DNA from: Leucoraja ocellata
Lineage: Eukaryota
DNA length: 64,000 bases
NCBI GenBank assembly: GCA_036785375.1
Contig: JAWMAR010000779.1
Span: forward strand, 558,001-622,000
Direction of reading: 5' to 3'
Made by a program: the position numbers and the translations under genes. Below the pieces are notes generated by a model, which was not told where the DNA came from, did no database searches, and saw nothing but the letters and a program-made list of their open reading frames with translations. Shown one piece after another: positions 10,601 to 23,200 of the stretch (positions within the stretch are counted from its first letter, which is position 1; each line of letters starts with the position of its first letter).

Positions 10601-13600
10601 GAGGAGAGTTGTACAAAGCGCTGCAGAAATGTGGCTGCTTCAGTGAACAGAGGAGTGCCACGGTATGTGGGAATCAATAAACATTTATTTATGCAAACTA
10701 ACTGACCATCATTGGATGTTGTATTTGAACAGCTGAATTAACTGAAATTCATCCAGGAGGGCAATGCTTGCTGTATTTCCCGGCAATGAAGATGCTATTT
10801 TTTTACCCAAAAATAATTTACCTGCATCTTGGAGGCCGAAGGTTAGGTTGTTAGCCAAGAAAGATCGAGTTGGCTATCCCTCATTTCTGGAAGCTGATGG
10901 GAAGCAGCTGTAAAAGGACAGCACCGCTGGGGGGGGAGGGGAGTGGAGTGCTGTGGCGAGTGAGTGAGTTGCTGGCATGATTCCCGACTCCCTCCATCTC
11001 AACGGTCCTGCCCGTGCTGACCCGGGCCAGACTCCCCACATGCTGTGAAAGGAACTCTGAACCCAATGGGTCTATTGTCATTCAATAAGATCACAACTGA
11101 TTCTACTTGTCCAGGTGTGCTCCCGGTTTTCCCACCATCTCTCCATCTGCCGTCACCCTCCACTCCCCACCCATTCAGAATGGAGGAGTTCTGAAAGCCT
11201 TGGGCATATTGAATTGTTGCTTTATTTATTTATTTTTTTTGAGCATGAGAAATTCTATCTCCCACCAGCCTTTTTTCAAAATTTAGCAACTCAAAATGGG
11301 GGTGAGTCTTCATTGCCAGGAAATATGGTAATTGAATTCTTTAAACTCGTGTTTCTTATTTGTAATATCATTCCAATAATTCAGTTTCTTATGTTGTTAA
11401 TTTTTGGGTAAAATACCAATTCACATAGTAGAATATGGGAATGCTGGAATTTAAACTTCATAATTAAGCTCAATTGAATGTGCAAAAGTCTAATTAGTTG
11501 ATGAATCAATTATGTTTGTGACATTTGGAAGGGACTTGGAGGAACTCGTTTGTCTCGACACATGCATTGTCATACTCCATGGCCACAATGTACACCCTCC
11601 GCGCGTTGCTTCTGATATTTGTACACAATCCATTCCTTCAATCACTGTTATTTCCAATGTGATGACTGAATATTTGAGTGTTGCCTATCCTGGTCTATGT
11701 GGTGTTCTTAACATGTTTATCATTTTCAAAAAGTTGTTTTGCACAAATACCTTCAGGTGGCAGTGAAGTGATGCTCATTGTTTCCTTTATTCCAGTACAT
11801 TTTGGAGCTGGCAGATGCATTGCAATATTGTCATTCAAAGAAGGTAATTCATAGAGACATCAAACCAGAGAATCTGCTCCTGGGTCTTCGCGGGGAGCTG
11901 AAAATAGCTGACTTTGGTTGGTCTGTCCATGCTCCTTCATCAAGGTTTGTGGCGAGTCTCATTTGCTTTTTTTAAAAAAATATGATAAATCCCAAATTAT
12001 TTCCGTATTTGCTTTATTGAGTCAAAAACCATTACTGTTTTACCTCTAAATGGACATTAACTGGGGATGTAATAAAATCCTTTAAAATGGCCATTGGAAA
12101 TGTAAAATTCCACATATTAGTTTGGAGCCTGAACCCCTCTTGTCTGGTGAATTTACCATCTCCCAGTGAGAATACTCATTCAGAATACTGAATTGTCAAT
12201 TGAGAAGAAATTAGGGGATTTATTATGGGGAAAACCTAAGTTTCCAAATGCTAGCTTGTGACCATCTCCACCGATTGCTTATTATTGATTTAGCTCTTGA
12301 TTTAGCTCAGCTTGCCCGTTCTCACTCCTGAGTTTTACTTACATTTGGTTCCATCATGGTAAAATGGAAAGTTTATTTTTCTTAGGAGATTTTCCCTAGG
12401 TGGCATGGACTCGGTGAGCTGAGGCCTAGCTGGAGGAGTTTGGTGGGGATGACCGTATTGAATGCAGAGCTATAGTCAATGAAGAGCATTCTTACGTACG
12501 TGCCCTGTCTATCCAGGTGAGTCAGGACAGTGTGAAGAGCCAGAGAGATGGCATCCTCTGTCGATCTATTTGCCCTGTATGCAAATTGATGAGAATCCAG
12601 TGAAGGCAGGGATGCTGGATTTGATGTGGGAGAGGACCAGCCTTTCGAAGCACTTCATTGGTATTGGAGTTAGGGCAACCAGGTGGTAGTCATTCAGGTA
12701 CTTGGGGAGCGTTGCCAGAGATAGAGACACATTAAAGATTCTAGTGAATACCGCCGCCAGCTGTGCAGCACAGTCCTTTAGTGCCCTTCCCTGGACTCCC
12801 ATCTGGGCCTGCAGCCTTGCGTGGATTGATCGTATGCAGGGTGCACTGTACCTCCTGAGTGCTCAGTGTTAAGGCCTGTCCCTCCGCCATGGCCGGGGTT
12901 ATTCCACTCCTGGTGGTGTTGCCAGGTTCGAAGCGGGCAAAGAAGGTGTTTAGTACGTTGTAGTAAGTGATGTCCCTGACACCCTGCCACATGCTTCTGG
13001 TGTCCGTGGTATTGAAGTGGTCTTCCACCCTTTGCCTGTGGATGTCTTTGGCCTTTTTAATATCTTTGCTCAGGTTCGACCTGGCAGCACTGTAGGCAGA
13101 AGTGTCCCTGGATTTAAAGGCATTGTTGCGTGCCCTTAGCAGATTCTGAACCTCCTTGTTCATCCAGGGTTTTCGGTCTGAGAACATCTTTATTTGCTTG
13201 TCCACTGTGACAGTCTCCACACAGCAGTTGATGTAGGAGAGCACAGTGGATGTGTACTCCTCCAAGTCTACCTCTGTGGAAATTACTCCAAACTCACTTC
13301 TGTTGCTTAATAGTTCCTCACCTGCCTTATCTTTACAAAGTATAGCCTTTCCAATACATTACAATAATTGGATACTCGGTTGTAGGGGACTACGTCTATT
13401 ATCCATGTGCTCTGGTCTCTAGTAGCTTCTCTTCCAAAGAGTAACCTTCATCCTTCTGTTTAATTCCTTCCAGAACTTTTTTCCACTCATTCTGTGGCCT
13501 TCTGCTTTGCATGTTTTCTGAATTGTAATCAACATTTTGGTCCACTGTTATTTCCTATCCATCTCAAACTTTCCTCAAATCCCTTGGTATCTTGTTTTTC

Positions 13601-14574
13601 AAAGCCTGTTCTTCCCACTTGTGAAATGGTGGGTATGGGGCAGATCAGTCATACTGTACTTCAGTGAACAAGATATTTGGCCTTGCTGATGATACCTCCC
13701 TCACTTTGTGGAGGGAGAAGAAATTGTCACAATGCTGTGTTGGGCTTGATATTAGTTTACCATAACATGATACGTCAAATTAAATCCTTACAGAAGAAAG
13801 ACGTTCTGTGGGACTTTGGATTACCTGCCTCCAGAGATGGTTGAAGGACGAATGCATGATGAGCGAGTGGACTTGTGGTCTTTGGGCATTCTGTGTTATG
13901 AGTTCCTTGTAGGTCATCCTCCATTTGAATCTTCAACTCATAAGGATACATTTAGAAAGATCTGTAAGGTGAGATGTTATACATAAAATTGTTGAGAAAA
14001 GTCAGTCATCTATGCCTTGCAGGCTACTTACAGGCATGCCTATGTCAGCAATATGTCTGGAGCACTGGCAATCTGTCCTCGACCTATTGTGGTTGAAATT
14101 GTAAAGGGATAGCTAATACTTGGATGCCATTAATAAGACCAAGTTGGTATTTCAACATATAATAAATGTATTCTAATATAAATAGCAAATGCTGGAAACA
14201 CATTGCAGGCCAGACAGCATTTAAATTATTTTCGAGTCTTCAATTTGTAGTTTCTCTTTCCACAAATGTTACACGACTTGCTGAATGTTTCTAGCTTTGT
14301 ATTTGTATCCAAATTTCCAGTATCTGTAGTCTATAATTATTCATGCATGATAACTGAAAATGTTCAATATTGAAATTTATAGGTTGAAGTCCAGTTTCAA
14401 CCGAGCATGTCAGAAGGTGCAAAGAGTCTAATCAGCCAATTACTTCGCCATAATCCAGTACTGAGACTTCCCCTCAAGGCTGTGATGGAACATCCATGGG
14501 TGAAATCTAATGCCTGCAGACTTCTTCCACCAGAATGTACCAACAGTGAAAATTTACAACTACAGAGGTCCTGA
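4618..14574 (+). CDS. AURKB: Aurora kinase B, tandem copy 2 (complete, 8 coding exons, 362 aa)
   Basis: Exons 4618-4665 ([19 protein letters not shown] box), 4901-5036, 7129-7189, 9582-9770 ([16 protein letters not shown]), 10524-10662 ([18 protein letters not shown]), 11796-11944 ([13 protein letters not shown]), 13794-13968 (RRKTFCGT), 14383-14574. All introns are GT-AG with compatible phases; 1089 nt, no stop. Asn and Glu occupy the positions that separate Aurora B from A. AATAAA at 14910-14915. Confidence 0.93.
6050..7040. mobile_element. Old CR1 3' fragments in opposite orientations in AURKB intron 2 (copy at about 22155-23150)
   Basis: Degenerate CR1 3' coding/UTR sequence, minus strand about 6050-6620 and plus strand about 6670-7040. 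Boundaries are approximate. Confidence 0.6.
7600..9083. mobile_element. Non-autonomous hAT (Charlie-like) DNA transposon in AURKB intron 3
   Basis: TIRs TAGGGGTCTCCAAACT (7600-7615) and AGTTTGGAGGCCCCTG (9068-9083), subterminal GGCCC motifs, and degenerate 8-bp TSD GGCTAAAT/CGTTAAAT. Confidence 0.8.
7713..8044 (-). mobile_element. HE1-like tRNA-derived SINE nested in the hAT element (copy at about 23827-24158)
   Basis: Minus strand begins GGGCGGCACAGTG, has central TACGGAGTTTGTTCGTTCTCCCCGTGACC, and a LINE-like tail CCTGTTTCCGCGCTGTATCTCTAAA. Confidence 0.75.
12413..13278 (-). mobile_element. Rex1/Babar-type LINE fragment in AURKB copy 2 intron 6
   Basis: [46 protein letters not shown] motifs, frameshifted. 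Confidence 0.85.
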
Positions 14575-17500
14575 GGATAACCGACTTGTACTTTAAATGT
14601 ATATTGAACGTGAACTTTGTAAATTATATGCTTTTCCTCCATCTGAACCAGTCTTCCTGCATGTTTTAGTCATTATTTGAACTGTATACACTGATATTTA
14701 GATTTGTCAGCAAATATATAATGCAAGTCATGTTTTCTACCCAGTTTTTCCACTTGCTTAAATATTAAAGTGACCTGCATCTGCATTTTGTTTAAACTAC
14801 ATGCCTGTATCATAACCCTTAAACAGTAATTCAGAACTACCTGGAGTTGACTGTTTGTAGCTAAAGCAATGAAAATGATGCTTTTTTAAAGTTTTTGCAT
14901 TGATTTGCAAATAAATCTGTTGAATTCTAAAACAGTTTATCATTTTGAAGAATTTGAGTATTTACACTTTAATGGCCTAAGGAAATTGATTCTACATCTA
15001 CATCTACACTACAAAGGGGCCTATTCAGAAGCCTAATTTTAAGAGTTGGGTTCTGAAATATTGACCTGTGTGGCTTGTGAAATAGCAGAGAAGGTCTTTT
15101 AACTATTCCTCCAGTGACAATTGTTTTCAGTCAGTTTAAATACGTGAAAATTGGGCTGTTAACATTTGCATGTCAAATATTAAAGCATAACAACACTCTT
15201 CAGCTGGTTTGAGCCTTGGCTGGAGTGTATTCTGCGATTTGATGTCTATTTATCTCAGCTGTATATCCAGACATTTAATTTATTACAAAAATGGGCCAAC
15301 GTATATTGTTTTTTTCCCCCCTCCAATATTTGTGAAAACCCAAATTTAAAAAGCAGAATTTAACTTGTAGTTTGCACAAGGAAAGCAGCACCAAGAATCC
15401 AATGATACCTCTGACCTAGATCACAGTACTCAGTTGAAACTGGATCTTCTAAAAAAAAAAAAATGCTGAAGGAACCTAGTAGGTCAAACAGAATCCATGG
15501 AAGGAAACAAACAGATGTTCCAGATCAGGACATTTCTTCATAGCTAAACCTGTAATGCTTGTGAGGTGGCAGAAGTTCATGCTCGGGGGATGTAAGCTAG
15601 GTGATTGATTTTTCCAAAGTTACTACGTGCAAGTATGTCAAAGAAAGGTCTGAAGTTAAAATGTTTCATGTGTCAGAATAATATCACGTTTACTCCAGCA
15701 GCTTTTATTTTATTTAAACACTTTCTTCATAAAGACACCTTCAGTATAGTTAAATTGATTACATTTTAAGTCTGTAAACAGCAGAATTGTACATCCACAC
15801 TTGAAGACACCGATAACTTGTGTCAGTAAGACGTGGCTCTTGTATCAAAGTGTCTGAGAAGCTTTGCATTAGGAGGCGTAGGCAGTTAAAACGTGGTTAC
15901 ACCACTGGACTAAATAAATACAGACATGCTATGATCTAGGGAAACGGCACATGATAGTCCCAACAATGGACAAAGGAATATGGAAACGTATCACCTTTTT
16001 CCCTCTGCACTTTTGCACTGTACTTTATTACTGCCAGGATTTCATGTTGCTTAATCAGCCACAACTGATCAATGCTTTAAAGTCAATTCTGATAAGAGGA
16101 ACTATATATACATATAATTTTAAAACTGCAGACAATATCTTCTGGTTCAATTGGCCAGTCAGGTCATACATACCATATTTAGATCAGGGTTCAAATGGGA
16201 GTGCCCGAGGCATCCAATTTTATAATACTGTACTAGTTTTCTATTTAAAGCAAGTGCTGAGGGACACAGAGTAAGGAATCTAAATTTATGGTAAATTTGC
16301 TGTTTTAAGAGGCTTAAATGAAAAGTTCATGGATACATGTTAAAACAATGCATAATTATTTTCTTAAATGTTCATCTACAAATATTTTGGTAGAAATAGA
16401 ATGAGTTTTCAAAATGTCTGAAATTGCAAACCATTTAATTGGCTGATCTATTGTTCCCTTAATCCAAACCTCTCAACATGATTTAATGGAATTATGTGCA
16501 ACCTTACCTCTCTGCAATGACTGTGCTGGCATACACTGCTATTTGCTTACTGTCAGGGTCTTCAACAGATTACAATTCTAGAATGTCTCAGCCAAACACA
16601 ACAACCTCTGCACCATGTTTCAAACAGCTTTTTCCTGCTAGTGGCAAAAAGCCACCAAGTCTCCAAATGCTGCACAGTGCTAAAGGAAATAGTTCAGTAA
16701 CTTCTCATTGGGCTGAGTTTAAACTAAATGTTCTGGGAACAAAACTAATCCACAGACCAAGGCAACCAGTGACCAAGTGTAGGAATCCTTGTAGGAATCT
16801 TGGGTAATATTCAAATAATTGCTAAAAGATGTCAAATTATAAAAGAAATGTGCTTGGAAAATTGATATATGTGTGTGAGGACAATGACTATATAATCTTC
16901 AAGGTAGTCCAACATTTCTCAAATGAATACTCCACATCTCCAAGTTCCATTCTTCAAAAGGCAGTTACGAAAAGGCAAGAGAGATTTTATTATTAGTCAT
17001 CCCATTCGGAAACAGCTTCATACGTTTAGACACCAACAATATGAAGAACATAACCAACTGATTCCAATGCTAATTTTGGTTTTAATTGGTGATAATGAAT
17101 TTTTTAAATGTTCAGTTCAAAATGCATTATTTGGAAACCTGACCACTGTAGTTAGCTTTAATATGGATCAACTTTTATCTTCAGTTTAAAGGTGAATCAA
17201 CTGTTTCTTGCTTTTTTTTTTAAAGATAATGAACATTAGTTATATAGATTTTGTTCAACTGTCCCTTTCAATTAAACTTGTGGTGCAGCGAGTAACTCTA
17301 TATGCACTTCACAACTCACAAGAGCAATGCAAAACTTGCAGGGGATGCAAGTACAATAAATAATGATTTAACAGAAGCTGGATAATGGTGGCAAGGATTA
17401 GTAAGATCATAAATTTCCCAAATTCCAGCATCAGTACCATTAAAAGAAAGACCAATTAATTCCAAGCCTCACATTGGCCAAGGTTTATTTCTCCTTATGT

Positions 17501-17639
17501 AGGCAGTCTTTTTCACAACACACCTTAAATTTGTGCCTTGGATGTTCGCTGTGCTGTGAATGGAGACAACCACCAATGCAGTCCTCCAAGTGGAGCATCA
17601 CTGACATTGTGTTTAGGTGTAACATAGTGTTGCATGTTT

Positions 17640-17840
17640 TTTTGAGGTTAGAGGAGGTGGATATCAATCACTCTCGCTGAGAAGGGCTGATAGGGTCCAT
17701 GATGGATGTGAGGGAGGAAGTGTAGAAACGGGTATTCATTTTATTTTGAGTTTGGAGATGTGTCCCGACTCAATATTGACTATCCATGTCCTCCAGGGAG
17801 GCTACCTGGCCCGCTGGGTTACTCTAGCACTTTGTGTTTT
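17640..17840 (-). mobile_element. Degenerate Penelope-like remnant near the duplication junction
   Basis: Minus strand resembles the YTSSLTSI...TSSNL segment before the GIY-YIG domain, next to a short Penelope-type terminal repeat. Recognised from memory. Confidence 0.45.
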
Positions 17841-19973
17841 ACTCTCTGATACAATGTCCTAACTTCTATACTCAATCCCCTGACTGATGAAGGCCAGCGT
17901 TCATTGAGAATGTCCTACTTTGGTTTGACTTCCCAAAAAGCAACCTCATCATTTGAATCAAACTGCATTTGCTGTTCTTCTGCACACTTCTCAGCTGATC
18001 AATATCCTGTTATTATTCTTGACTATTTACTGTCTACAATATCACTTATTTTAGCATCATCTGCAAATTTACTAACCAGGCCTTGTACATTCTCATCCAA
18101 ATCATTAATATAACTGACAAACAACAATGGGGCCAACACTGACCCCTGAGGTACACCACTAGTCATGGGCCAAGTCTCAAGATGCTTTAACTGAGGAATG
18201 ATGTAGGCTAGCAAGCAAAGAATTGATTGGAATTTTCAATAGGACATGCAGCAATTTTGGATGCACCTCAACTTCATGGATCTTCGAACACGAGAGACGT
18301 GTCTTGCTGATATCATGCCTAAGAGGTATATGGACCCAGCTGTCATCCACAATCAGTACCCCGTTCCTGCCTTATCCCCATATCCCCTGATTCCGATTTT
18401 TTTTAAGAGCCCTATCTAGCTCTTGAAAGCATCCAGAGAACCTGCCTCCACCACCCTCCGAGGCAGAGAATTCCACAGACTCGCCACTCTCTGTGAGGAA
18501 AAAGTGTTTCCTCGTCTCCGTTCTAAATGGCTTACTCATTCTTAAACTGTGGACCCTGGTTCTGGACTCCCCCAACATCAGGAGCATGTTTCCTGCCTCT
18601 AGTGTGTCCAAACCCTTAACAATCTTATATGTTTCAATGAGATATTCCTCTCATCCTTCTAAACTCCAGAGTATACAAGCCCAGCTGCTCCATTCTCTCA
18701 GCATATGACAGTCCCGCCATCCCGGGAATTAAACTTGTAAACCTACGCTGCACTCCCTCAATAGCAAGAATGTCTTTCCGCAAATTAGGGGACCAAAACT
18801 GCACACAATACTCCAGGTGTGGTCTCATTAGGCTCTGTACAACTGCAGAAGACCCTCTTTGCTTCAATATTCGATTCCTCTTGTTATAAAGTCCAACATG
18901 CCATTCACTTTCTTCACTGCCTGCTGTACCTGCATGCTTACTTTCAGTCTGAAGAAGTGTTTCCGCCCGAAACGTTGCCTATTTCCTTCGCTCCATAGAT
19001 GCTGCCGCTCCCGCTGAGTTTCTCCAGCATTTTTGTGTACCTTCGATTTTCCAGCATCTGCAGTTCCTTCTTAAATGCTTAATTTCATAGACTGATGAAC
19101 AAGGACCCCCAGATCCCGTTGTACTTCCCCTTTTCCCAACTTGATGCAATTTAAATAGTGTTCTGTTTTTGCTACCAAAGCGGATAACCTCACATTTATC
19201 CGCGTTAAACTTAATCTGCCATGCATCTGCCCACTCCCCCAACCTGTCCAAGTCACCGTGCATTCTCATAGCATTTTCCTCACAGTTCACACTGCCACCC
19301 AATTTTGTGTCATCTGCAAATTTGCTAATGTTACTTTGAATCCCTTCATCCAAATCATTGATGTATATTGTAAATAGCTGCGGTCCCTGCACCGAGCCTT
19401 GCGATACCCGACTAGTCACTGCCTGCCATTCCGAAAGGGACCCTTAAATCCCTACTCTATGTTTCCTGTCTGCCAACCACTTCTTTATCCATGTCAGCAC
19501 TCTACCCCCAATACCATGTGCCCTAATTTTGCCCACTAATCTCCTGTGGGACCTTATCAAATGCAATCTGACACTTTAATAGTCAACAGGTGCAAGGGGA
19601 AATTAACTTAGATTTCTGATAACATTGCTGTGCATGTGGATGAGAAATGGGAATGGTCAAGAACAGATGTTGTCTTGTGATGTGTGAGGAAACATCTCTG
19701 ATTGACGCCATCAACCAACAATATTATTATTGTAATATTGTCCAAATTATCATATTATTGGCTCACAACCAGTTGATTCAAAACCACTGGATTATCTAGG
19801 TAGTAAATAGTAATGGAAACCGAGCTGAAAATTTGAGCCATGATAGAACATGCGCCATGATCTTGATGAATTGAACGAAATGTGGAAACAACCGGTTAAT
19901 GGAGACCAAAGTTACTCAAGGAGCTCCTGTCGTATCTTTGATGGAGACGCGGGAGCCCGAGGCGCGCCAGCTG

Positions 19974-20123
19974 ATTGGTGGCTTGGTCGCACACACGCAC
20001 ACACACGAGCCAATCGCCAACACGATCGGGTTATCCAATCGGATATGCCGTTACAATTGGCCAATGGCGGCGGCTTTTAGACTTTGTAGCGAACCAATTA
20101 GGAGACGGCTGTCCGGGTTTGAA
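19974..20123 (+). promoter_or_regulatory. G2/M-type promoter of AURKB copy 3: CCAAT boxes plus CHR element
   Basis: ATTGG 19974, CCAAT 20010, CCAAT 20035, ATTGGCCAAT 20056-20065, CCAAT 20094, TTTGAA 20118-20123. Confidence 0.8.
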
Positions 20124-20279
20124 CTGAAGCGGGGCAACGGTCGGAGCTCGAGCGGTGGAAGAGGTGAGAGAGAGAGAGAGGGGGAGGGAGGGAGTTACCG
20201 ATATATACATCGAGGTATCGAGGTGCGCCACCTGCGGAGAGGAGCCGAGCCTGGAGCTTGGCGCTTCGCCCCGGAATCA

Positions 20280-23200
20280 ATGTCCTCCAAGGAGAACCAC
20301 GACCCGCAGGCACCGGGCTTCACTCAGGTGAGGGAGTGGGCCTTTACTGTGAGGGGAGGCGGGCTGGGAGCCGGGAGATGAATGGAGTGGGGTGCAGAGG
20401 AAGACTAGAGCACTGGCGAGCGGGTCGGGGAGTGAGACTGGTGGGGGGGGGGGGGCAGTGAGTAAGGGGCTGGACAGTTCGCTCACCACCCTGCAGGAAC
20501 TATACAACAGGAGGTGCAAATCCAGAGCAACCAAAATCATGAGAGACCTCTTCCACCCCTGCAACGGACTGTTCCAGCCGCTACGGTCAGGCAAACGCCT
20601 CCGTTGCCATGCAGTGAGAACGGAGAGGTTGAGAAGGAGTTTCTTCCCAGAGGCAATTCGGACTGTAAACGCCTTTCTCACCAGGGACTAACTCTACAGA
20701 ACGTTTTTCTTCTATTATTTATTATGTAAAATAATATGTGTGTTATGATTGTGTTTATAATTTGTTTGGTTGTTTTGTTGTTCCGCGAGCATTGCCACTT
20801 CATTTCACTGCACATCTCGTATGTGTATGTGACAAATAAACTTGACTTGACTTGACTTGGAGGATAGTGGGAGGTGGTGTGATGTGTGGACATTGGGATC
20901 GGTGTTCTTCATTAAGTTCGCTCTCCTCCCTTCCACAGACACTGACTTCGATCAGGTTGGGTAGTCCAAAGTATTTGAAGAAACAGTTGAGCGGATCGTG
21001 CATTTCTGCATCGTCTTCCATATTGCCTTTGAGAAACATGTCCAAAGCTTCTACTGTCGTACCACTGGCAACAGGTATGCAGTGTCAACATGGGAGAGCA
21101 TGCTAAAGTGTGTGGGAGTTCTGATGATATTAGAAGCCATGGGCCCTTTGTGGCACGTTTTTTCAACCTTGTTTTTCAACTTTCCATGCCTATATAAATC
21201 CTCAACAATCTCGTGGTCCTTGTTTGAATGAAATCAATATTAGTCAATTATATTATAATCTGGCCAATAATATCTCATAGAAAAGATGTCCAGCTGGAAA
21301 GGGTACAGATAAGATTTACGAGGATGTTGCCAGGACTAGAGGGTCTGAGCTATTGGGAGAGGTTGAGTAGGCTGGGACTCTATTCCTTATTTACTTTCCC
21401 CCCCCCCCCGTTTTTTCTAAAATAGCATGGTTACTCTTAACTACGGTTCAATGCCGGAACCACATACAGATTAGTGAATTGTTGCTATTAGGGCAGTGTT
21501 TTTATATTCCTGGTTCAAGTATTAATTGATTTTAGTGCACAATTATTCCCAACAAAGCTGAATTGTGAATTAAAGCTGATGTTCAAGAAGGAACCGCAGA
21601 TGCTGGAAAATCGAAGGTAGACAAAAGTGCTGGAGAAACTCAGAGGGTGCTGCAGCATCTATGGAGCGAAGGAAATAGGCCACGTTTCGGGCCAAAACCA
21701 TACTTCAGACTGATGCAGGGTGGGGGGGCGGGAAGAAGAAATGAAGAGGAGGAGTCAGAGGGCAGCAAGGGTTACCGGAAATTGGAGAAGTCAATTTTCA
21801 AGCCGCTGGGGCAATGTTCTACCCCCAGCGGCTTGAACATTGACTTCTCCAATTTCCGGTAGTCCTTGCTGTCTCCTCCCCTTCCCAGCTCTCCTTCTGG
21901 CTCCTCCTCTTCCTTTCTTCTTCCCGCTCCCCCGCATCAATTAAAGCTGATAAAGCTCGGGATCTCGTCACTGAAACATTTCAACCCAATCCACATCCTG
22001 GCATATCTGCACCTTCTTCAGTTCCATCATGTTCTTCCAATAATATCGAGAACAGAATTGCATATAGTACTCCAATTATGGCCGAAGCCAAGTTTTATAA
22101 AGTCATACTGTGATCTTCATGTTCTTGTATTCCACGTCTTGGCCGATGAAGGCTTGCATAAAGTCATACAGCACGGAAGAAGGCCGTTCAGCCCAACTCA
22201 TCCATGCCAAGATGTCCCATCCAATCTAGTCACCTGCGTTTGGCCACATCCCTCTAAACCTTTCCTATCCAAGTCCAAGTGTCTTTTAAATGTTATTGTA
22301 CCTGCCTCAACTACCTCCACTGCCAGCTTATTTCATATCTTCCTCCCCACCCACCCCATCCGAATGTAAAAAGTTGCTCCTTGGGTTTCAATGAAATCTT
22401 TCCCCTCACACCTTAAGCATGCACTGTGATTCCTTTACCCTGGGTACATGATTCTGTGCATTCTGTGCAATTAATAAATTCCAGTCATGATTTTGTACAC
22501 CTCCATAAAATCACCCCTTAAGACTCCTGTGCTCCAAGAAACAAACTCCTAGCTTGCACAATCTCCCCTTATTGCTCAGTCCCTTGGGTGGCAACATCCT
22601 CGTCTTCTTGCACTCTTTCCATCTTATAGACATTCTTCCAAGAGTGGGGTGACAAAAACTGAACTCAATACTTCAAATGTGGCGCATCAGACTCCTGTAT
22701 ATCTATCTGTGCTTCCATGGCCTTGCATACTCTGCTCATCATACCATTCATGCCCATATCCTACTCTTATCCATACCTTGGAATGTAGGATGTTGAGGGC
22801 TGATCTTTGAGATTTATAAAACCACGAGGGACATAGGGAGGATGAATGCGCTCGGTCTTTTTCCCGGGGTTAGTGAGTCAAGAATTAGAGGGGATAGGTT
22901 TCAAGTGAGAGAGGAAAGATTTAATTGGAATCTGAGGGGCAGAATTTTTGAGACAGAGGGTGGTGAGTAGATGGATAAGCTACCAGAGGAAATAGTTGGA
23001 CCAGGCACAATAACAATGTTTTAAATACATTTGGGAAAGCACAAGGATAGGAAAGGTTTAGAGAAATATGGACCAAATGTGGCAACTGGAACTTGAGTAG
23101 GTGGTTGACATGGATGAGCTGGAGTGAATGGGGTGTTCCATTGTCGTATTACTCGGTACAAAAAAATACTTCTCAATCTGGAACACTGTTTATAGAACAC

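Larger units (their letters stand above)
2306..17459 (+). repeat. Segmental tandem duplication unit 2
   Basis: Near-identical to 17965-34639 apart from indels. The same ORFs recur in the ORF track. Confidence 0.95.

Noticed and set aside
4618-14574. Calling the kinase Aurora A or a true Aurora C orthologue
   Set aside because: LRLYNYF (Asn) and GELY (Glu), a short KEN-box N-terminus and the RLLPP tail are B/C-type. Aurora C is a mammalian duplicate, and linkage to RABEP1 fits the AURKB region.
15951-17189. Plus-strand ORFs of 88-107 aa, identical at 33132-34370
   Set aside because: They lie antisense to the presumed RABEP1 3' UTR, have no recognisable motifs, and their identity reflects recent duplication.
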